Shown piece after piece: positions 58,851 to 64,000 of a DNA stretch of 64,000 nucleotides. Position 1 is the first letter of the stretch, and each line of letters starts with the position of its first letter. Made by a program: the position numbers and the translations under genes. Source of the stretch: Candidatus Eiseniibacteriota bacterium (GTDB lineage: Bacteria; Eisenbacteria; RBG-16-71-46; SZUA-252). The notes under the pieces are model-generated. The model did no database searches, was not told the origin of the DNA, and was given only the letters and a program-made list of their open reading frames with translations. The stretch covers positions 2,528,001 to 2,592,000 of the forward strand of contig OY969801.1 of the NCBI GenBank assembly GCA_963703225.1, written 5' to 3'.

Positions 58851-60029
58851 ATGACGGAGCGCACCGCGCCCCCACCGAGTCCCACCAGCATGCCCTCGAT
58901 CCCCTACGTCCCGGGGCTCGACGGCGTGCCCGCGGCCAAATCGAGCATTTGCTGGATTGACGGAGACCAGGGAGTGCTCGAGTACCGGGGCTACCCGATC
59001 GAGGACCTGGCGGAGCACAGCAGCTTCGAGGAGACGTCCCACATGCTCCTCTGGGGAAAGCTCCCGCCGCGCGCCGAGCTCGACAAGTTCACCCGCGACC
59101 TGGCGAGCAATCGCGACGTCCGCTTCCGGCTGATCGATCTCCTCAAGTGCCTTCCCGATACGGGCCACCCAATGGAGGCGCTGCAGGCGTCGATCGCGGC
59201 CCTGGGAATGTTCTACCCCGACCGGGACGTGAACAAGCCGGAGGATCGATACAACTCCGCGGTCCGGATCATCGCCAAGGCGCCGACCCTCGTCGCGGCG
59301 TTTCACCGCCTGAGCCACGGCAAGGACTACATCCCGCCCAAGGAAGAGCACTCGCACGCGGCCAACTTCCTCTACATGCTGACCGGCGAGGATCCCGATC
59401 CGGAAATCGCGCGCGTGATGGATATCTGCTTCATCCTCCACGCCGAGCATTCCATGAACGCCTCGACCTTTGCCGGACGCGTCACGGCCTCGACGCTCGC
59501 GGATCCCTACACGGTGGTCTCCTCCGCCATCGGCGCCCTCACCGGGCCCCTCCATGGAGGCGCGAACGAGCAGGTGATCCACATGCTCCAGGGGATCGGG
59601 GATGTCGAGAAGGCCCGCTTCTACATCGAGGACCTGATCGCGCGGAAACAGAAGATCATGGGAATCGGCCACCGGATCTACCGCGTCAAGGATCCCCGCG
59701 CCCTCGTGCTCCAGAAGCTCGCGGCGCAGATGATCGCGAGGCGGGGCGGCGATCCGCTTCTCGCGGTCGCGCAGGAAGTGGAAAAGGTCGTGGCCGAGCA
59801 CCTGGCGGCGAAGCGCATCTACCCGAACGTCGACTTCTACTCCGGGGTTGTCTACACGGCCATGGGGCTCCCGGCCGCGCTCTTCACCCCGATCTTCGCC
59901 ATCGCGCGCATCACGGGTTGGCTGGCCCACTGGATTGAGCAACTTCAAGATAACCGCATCTACCGCCCGGACCAGATCTACACCGGCCCCCACAACGTGC
60001 CCTACATTCCGGTGGAGGAGCGGGTCTAA
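58851..60029 (+). CDS. Citrate synthase (short citrate/2-methylcitrate synthase type)
   Basis: PGL.GV, L.YRGY.IEDLA, LHAEHSMNASTF, GPLHGGANE, MG.GHR.Y...DPRA, YPNVDFYSG, FAIAR..GW.AH. GGAGG RBS. Confidence 0.95.
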   Translation: MTERTAPPPSPTSMPSIPYVPGLDGVPAAKSSICWIDGDQGVLEYRGYPIEDLAEHSSFEETSHMLLWGKLPPRAELDKFTRDLASNRDVRFRLIDLLKCLPDTGHPMEALQASIAALGMFYPDRDVNKPEDRYNSAVRIIAKAPTLVAAFHRLSHGKDYIPPKEEHSHAANFLYMLTGEDPDPEIARVMDICFILHAEHSMNASTFAGRVTASTLADPYTVVSSAIGALTGPLHGGANEQVIHMLQGIGDVEKARFYIEDLIARKQKIMGIGHRIYRVKDPRALVLQKLAAQMIARRGGDPLLAVAQEVEKVVAEHLAAKRIYPNVDFYSGVVYTAMGLPAALFTPIFAIARITGWLAHWIEQLQDNRIYRPDQIYTGPHNVPYIPVEERV

Positions 60030-60045
60030 GGCCGGACCGCTCGTC

Positions 60046-60828
60046 GTGTGCACGGTGATCATCGGGCTCCAGATCCTGGGGCCCCACACGGTGGTCCTCG
60101 GCGCGAATCGGGATGAGTCCCCCGATCGTCCCTCGGCGGGCCCCGGCGTTCTGATCGAGCACCCGCGCGTCGTCGGAGGACGGGACCTTCTCTCCGGCGG
60201 AACCTGGCTCGCCGTGCGCGAGGCGCGCTTCATCTCCGCGCTGATGAACCGGCGGCCCCTCGCCGGAGCCTCTGTCGACCCCGCTTCGTTTCGCTCGCGC
60301 GGCCTTCTCTGCCTCGATGTGGCGAGGGCACGGGTGCCCCTCCACGCTCCCGCCGCGATCGACCCTGGGACGGGAGAGGCGCATCCACCCCGCCTCGACG
60401 CCGCGCTCCGAATGCTCGCGGCCGATCGCTACGCCCACTGCACGCTCCTGGGCGTCGACACGGAAGGCGCATGGGCGATCCACTCGGGGCACGGCGCGAG
60501 CCCCGAGGTGGCCTCCATCGACGCGGGGTGGCACGTAATCACGCACCAAGACTTGGACGACCGCGCGGAGCCCCGCACGGCGCGGCTCTTGGAACGGCTC
60601 GAGGGAGCAAGGCCGGCGAGCGTGGAGGCGGCGTTCACGCTGCTGGGCGATCTCCTCCGCGGACACGGGGAGAACGGCGATCCCCCGGTCTGCCTCCACC
60701 GCGACCGCTTCCCCACGGTCTCGAGCAGCCTGCTCGCGCTCGGCGCGATCGATCGGCCCCGCTACCTCCACGCCGCGGGACCGCCCTGCGTCACCCCCTA
60801 CGAGGACTTCTCGACGCTGCTCGTGTAG
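60046..60828 (+). CDS. NRDE/TANGO2 family protein
   Basis: GTG start giving (M)CTVI, then GANRDE...RP, GGRD...GGTWL, SRGLL, TVSSS. Confidence 0.88.
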   Translation: MCTVIIGLQILGPHTVVLGANRDESPDRPSAGPGVLIEHPRVVGGRDLLSGGTWLAVREARFISALMNRRPLAGASVDPASFRSRGLLCLDVARARVPLHAPAAIDPGTGEAHPPRLDAALRMLAADRYAHCTLLGVDTEGAWAIHSGHGASPEVASIDAGWHVITHQDLDDRAEPRTARLLERLEGARPASVEAAFTLLGDLLRGHGENGDPPVCLHRDRFPTVSSSLLALGAIDRPRYLHAAGPPCVTPYEDFSTLLV

Positions 60829-60842
60829 GCGTCCCGGAAACG

Positions 60843-61532
60843 CTACTTGGGACGGCCGCGACGAGACGGCCGGGCGCTGACGAGGACGAGGTCCGCGAGG
60901 TCGGGGTCAATGGCGCAGCGGCGCGCGCCCACTTGGAGCGTGATCGGGCCACGGAAGGGAGCCCGCTCCAGCACCTTCACCCGAGCGCCGGGGAGGAGCC
61001 CGAGGGAGACCATGTAGCGGAGCTTATCGGCGTGTCGATCGCTCACCCGGGCCACCGTGGTCGCCACGCCGGGCGCCACCTTGGAGAGCGGAATCCCCTT
61101 GAGGCGCTCGAGCGTACCCCCCTTGGTCGGGATCGGGTCCCCGTGCGGATCGTGCTTCGGATCGCCGAGGGCCCGCGAGAGGAGGTCCTCCATGTCGTCG
61201 CTCAGGACATGCTCGAGCCGCTCCGCCTCCTTGTCGACCCGCTCCAGGGGGACCCCGAGGCGCGTGTAGAGGTAGAGCTCCCAGAGACGATGATGCCTGA
61301 CGATCTCCAGGGCGATCTTCCGGCCCCGCGGGGTGAGGGTCACCCCTCCGTACCGCGTGTAATGGAGGAGCCGCATCCCCTTGAGTTTCTGGACCATCCC
61401 GGTGACCGAGGGGGCCGAGATCCCCAGCTGGGCCGCGATATCACCCACCGGGACCTTCCCGCCGCCGGCCTGGTGGCTCAATTTCCAGATCGCCTTGAGG
61501 TAATCCTCGACGGCGTGGGTGACATTCGGCAT
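60843..61532 (-). CDS. DtxR/MntR family metal-dependent repressor with FeoA domain
   Basis: EDYLKAI, S..SVT.M...L, Y.GV.LT..G...AL...RHHRLWELYL, EAERLEH, DPHGDPIP, C-terminal FeoA (LGL.PG). Confidence 0.95.
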   Translation of the reverse strand: MPNVTHAVEDYLKAIWKLSHQAGGGKVPVGDIAAQLGISAPSVTGMVQKLKGMRLLHYTRYGGVTLTPRGRKIALEIVRHHRLWELYLYTRLGVPLERVDKEAERLEHVLSDDMEDLLSRALGDPKHDPHGDPIPTKGGTLERLKGIPLSKVAPGVATTVARVSDRHADKLRYMVSLGLLPGARVKVLERAPFRGPITLQVGARRCAIDPDLADLVLVSARPSRRGRPK

Positions 61533-61593
61533 GGCTCCTCCGCGGCGCGGGCGGCCGGGCTCGGCCGCTCCTCCCGGGACGGTACAATCGATC

Positions 61594-61622
61594 TTGACAT
61601 TTAGGGTAGCCTAAAGGAATAT
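61594..61622 (+). promoter_or_regulatory. DtxR/IdeR-type operator overlapping a sigma70 promoter
   Basis: TTGACA at 61594-61599, immediately followed by the palindrome TTTAGG-GTAG-CCTAAA (61600-61615). This matches the established DtxR/IdeR core TTAGG-N4-CCTAA. Confidence 0.85.
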
Positions 61623-61659
61623 GAGGGGGATGCCGATACTTCGGCTCAAGGAGATACCC

Positions 61660-62043
61660 TTGAAGAAACGAATCGGAATGACGCTCATTCTCGTCCTCGC
61701 CATGGGCGGGGCGGCCGTCGCGTTCGTAGGTCGTGACAAGCCCAGCGACGCGGCTCCGACCCGGACGGTCGTGATGAGCATGAAGGAATACGCGTTCAAT
61801 GGCCAGAATCCCACCATCGCCTTCCGGCCTGGGGAGCGGGTTCGGTTCATCATCACGAACGACGAGCCGACGCCGATCAAGCATAACTTCCGGATCGTCG
61901 GGATGGACGTCCCCTGCGAGCGGGAGCTCAACCCAGGCGAGAGCCGCGAGGTCGTGGTCACCATTCCGCCGTCCGGAGAATTCGCCTACACCTGCTGCAC
62001 CCATCCGGGAATGGGCGGGAAGCTGGTCGTCTCGGGCCGATAG
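61660..62043 (+). CDS. Cupredoxin (plastocyanin/azurin-like blue copper) protein; start uncertain (61621-61678)
   Basis: Signal/anchor sequence, HNF, G.F.Y.C..HPGM.G.L.V type-1 copper ligands. AAGGAG RBS precedes TTG 61660. Confidence 0.85.
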   Translation: MKKRIGMTLILVLAMGGAAVAFVGRDKPSDAAPTRTVVMSMKEYAFNGQNPTIAFRPGERVRFIITNDEPTPIKHNFRIVGMDVPCERELNPGESREVVVTIPPSGEFAYTCCTHPGMGGKLVVSGR

Positions 62044-62053
62044 GCCTCCCCGC

Positions 62054-63028
62054 GTGAATCCACGCCGCCTCCTGGGGCTTTTGCTCCTGGGCGCCGTTGC
62101 CGCGGCGGCCGCCATCCTCGGTCCCGCGCGCATCGCGGCGCAGCGCCCCAACGGCCCGCCGCCCACGCCGGAGATTGGCCCCCTGGCCCGAGCGGCGCGC
62201 GATCACGCCATCCGGACGCTCACCGAGTTCGACTACGGAAAGACCACAGGGCTCGGCGACGGGACCACGCTGCGGGAATATTGGATCGAAGCCAAGCATG
62301 TCGAGGTGGAGGTCGCGCCCGGCGTCCGCTTCCCCGCCTGGACCTTCAACGGCGCCATCCCCGGGCCCACCATCCGCTGCACCGAAGGCGACTCGATCCG
62401 GATCTACTTCACCAACCACGGCACGATGCCCCATTCCATGCATTTTCACGGCATCCACCGCGCGGGAATGGACGGAGTGTTCGAGCAGGTCGTCCCGGGC
62501 CAGACCTTCACGTATGAATTTCGCGCCGAGCCGTTCGGGCTTCACCTCTATCACTGCCACACCATGCCGGTGAAAATGCACATCGCCCGCGGGCTCTTCG
62601 GCGTGTTCCTGGTCGATCCCAAGCCGGCCCGGCCCAAGGCGCGCGAGATGGTGATGGTCATGAACGGGTTCGATACCGATCTGAACGGCGAGGACAACGA
62701 GTTCTACACGGTGAACGGCTACGCGAACGTCTTTTTCCGCGATTATCCGGTCCCGGTGAAGGCGGGAGAGCTGCAGCGGGTCTACCTCGTGAACATGACC
62801 GAGCTCGACCTGGTCAACTCGATGCACACCCACGCGGCCTTCTTCCACGTCTACCCCACGGGCACGTCGCGCAGCCCAAGCCTCTACACCGACACGATCA
62901 CCCTGGGCCAGGGGGAACGCGCCATCCTCGAGTTCACCTATCCCTACCCGGGCCGCTACCTCTTCCACGCCCACCAGAACGAGTTCGCGGAGCTCGGCTG
63001 GCTCGGGCAATTCGACGTGACGCCATGA
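62054..63028 (+). CDS. Two-domain multicopper oxidase
   Basis: WTFNG.IPGPTIR, HSMHFHG, YHCH.....HIARGL in domain 1. NSMHTH and YLFHAHQ.EF.E.GW in domain 2. Confidence 0.9.
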   Translation: MNPRRLLGLLLLGAVAAAAAILGPARIAAQRPNGPPPTPEIGPLARAARDHAIRTLTEFDYGKTTGLGDGTTLREYWIEAKHVEVEVAPGVRFPAWTFNGAIPGPTIRCTEGDSIRIYFTNHGTMPHSMHFHGIHRAGMDGVFEQVVPGQTFTYEFRAEPFGLHLYHCHTMPVKMHIARGLFGVFLVDPKPARPKAREMVMVMNGFDTDLNGEDNEFYTVNGYANVFFRDYPVPVKAGELQRVYLVNMTELDLVNSMHTHAAFFHVYPTGTSRSPSLYTDTITLGQGERAILEFTYPYPGRYLFHAHQNEFAELGWLGQFDVTP

Positions 63029-64000
63029 TGGCGACCCCGAAGGCCGCCCCCGGCGCGGCCGCCCCGTTTCGAATCGTTCTCGCAGGAATCGCACCACTCA
63101 TTCTGGTCGGCGCGATGGCCTGGTGGTTCCTGACCTCGGGGACTTCGTGGCTACGGCTCGGCCAGGCGCCGATCGAAAAACTTGCCATCGAGCGGGTCCT
63201 CTTTCGTCCGCAAGAGGTCGTGCTCAAGATCCGGAACGAGGGTCCCGGTCCGATCTCGGTGGGACAATTGCTGGTCAACGAAGCGATGTGGGACTTCTCC
63301 ATCACGCCGGGCCGGGAGCTGCCGCGCCTGGCGAGCGCGACCATCTCGATCCCGTACGATTGGCTGCAGGGCGAGCCGTACACGTTCACGATCGTGAGCG
63401 GCAACGGCATCCGGCACGCCCGGACCGTGGAGGTCGCGATGATGACCCCCAGGGCCGACTCCCGGTCTTTCTTAGTGTTTGGCCTGCTCGGCGCCTACGT
63501 GGGCGTGATCCCGGTCTTCCTGGGGCTTCTCTGGCTTCCCTTCTTGCGCGCGATGCCGCGCGCGTGGATGGATTTCTGGATCTCGCTCACGATCGGGCTC
63601 CTCCTCTTCCTCGGCATCGATACGCTCAAGGAATCGCTCGAGATTCTCGGGCGCGTCCCGTCGTTCCTCAACGGAACCATGATCGTGGCCGCGGGCCTGG
63701 TCGGCGCCTTTCTCGCCATCACCGGGATCGGCCGCAGGCTGGTGGGAAACGGCCGCGCGGGCCGGTCGGCCGATGGGGGGCCGGCTTCGGGAATGGGGCT
63801 CGCCACGCTGATCGCGATGGGGATCGGGCTCCACAACCTGGGCGAGGGCCTCGCCATCGGCGCCGCCTACACGCTGGGCGAGGTGGCGCTCGGCTCGTTT
63901 CTGATCGTCGGCTTCACGCTCCACAACACCACCGAGGGCCTGGCCATCCTCTCCCCACTGGTTCAGGGAAAGGCGGGGGTTCGCGACCTCGCGGTCCTCG
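63025..64000 (+). CDS. ZIP family metal transporter with N-terminal extracytoplasmic domain, 3'-truncated by window edge
   Basis: Open frame from ATG 63025 to the window end (absent from the ORF track because it has no stop). ZIP metal-site motifs GIGLHNLGEGLAIG and GFTLHNTTEGLAI. Confidence 0.9.
   Translation, partial: MMATPKAAPGAAAPFRIVLAGIAPLILVGAMAWWFLTSGTSWLRLGQAPIEKLAIERVLFRPQEVVLKIRNEGPGPISVGQLLVNEAMWDFSITPGRELPRLASATISIPYDWLQGEPYTFTIVSGNGIRHARTVEVAMMTPRADSRSFLVFGLLGAYVGVIPVFLGLLWLPFLRAMPRAWMDFWISLTIGLLLFLGIDTLKESLEILGRVPSFLNGTMIVAAGLVGAFLAITGIGRRLVGNGRAGRSADGGPASGMGLATLIAMGIGLHNLGEGLAIGAAYTLGEVALGSFLIVGFTLHNTTEGLAILSPLVQGKAGVRDLAVL

Noticed and set aside
62054..63028. Copper nitrite reductase (nirK)
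   Set aside because: It has HxH motifs in both domains, as in two-domain laccase-type oxidases with a trinuclear site. Its context is a DtxR-regulated metal transporter operon, not denitrification.
1..64000. tRNA, rRNA, CRISPR arrays, IS elements, prophage or known riboswitches
   Set aside because: None recognised by eye. Intergenic gaps are short and I saw no repeat-spacer periodicity, transposase or integrase. A covariance-model search would be needed to exclude small RNAs, for example in 18582-18899, 31308-31414 or 58727-58850.

Overview
A GC-rich, gene-dense bacterial chromosome segment with about 60 CDS. I recognised no rRNA, tRNA, CRISPR array, transposase or phage genes. The FlgD-type C-terminal sorting domain and overall gene style suggest an uncultured diderm lineage near the FCB group (e.g. 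Ca. Eisenbacteria-like); this is inference only. Several conserved genes carry small indels, clustered at 43-52 kb, which look like long-read consensus errors. Main blocks: (1) 2-10.8 kb, a minus-strand hydrolase/peptidase operon. (2) 11.6-18.6 kb, a six-gene electron-transfer operon: MtrA/DmsE-type decaheme, MtrB-type porin, Rieske protein, cytochrome b, membrane-anchored nonaheme cytochrome and a Met-less monoheme cytochrome. It has no MtrC or CymA in the window, and is divergent from an NqrB/RnfD-like gene plus two DUF2330 genes. (3) 25.6-31.4 kb, a lexA...imuB-dnaE2 SOS mutagenesis cassette without imuA, with a candidate direct-repeat LexA operator inside a sigma70 promoter. (4) 35.6-46.4 kb, a complete ccsA-hemACDBLENHY heme operon. 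(5) 48.4-57.6 kb, a probable bacterial sphingolipid locus: spt, ceramide synthase-like GNAT and reductase, facing a fatty-acid hydroxylase-mlaEFD operon. (6) 60.8-64 kb, a DtxR/MntR regulator with a clear operator, divergent from a cupredoxin, a two-domain multicopper oxidase and a ZIP transporter. The most interesting candidates are the porin-cytochrome conduit encoded together with its own Rieske/cytochrome b complex, and the ceramide synthesis/hydroxylation/transport locus.
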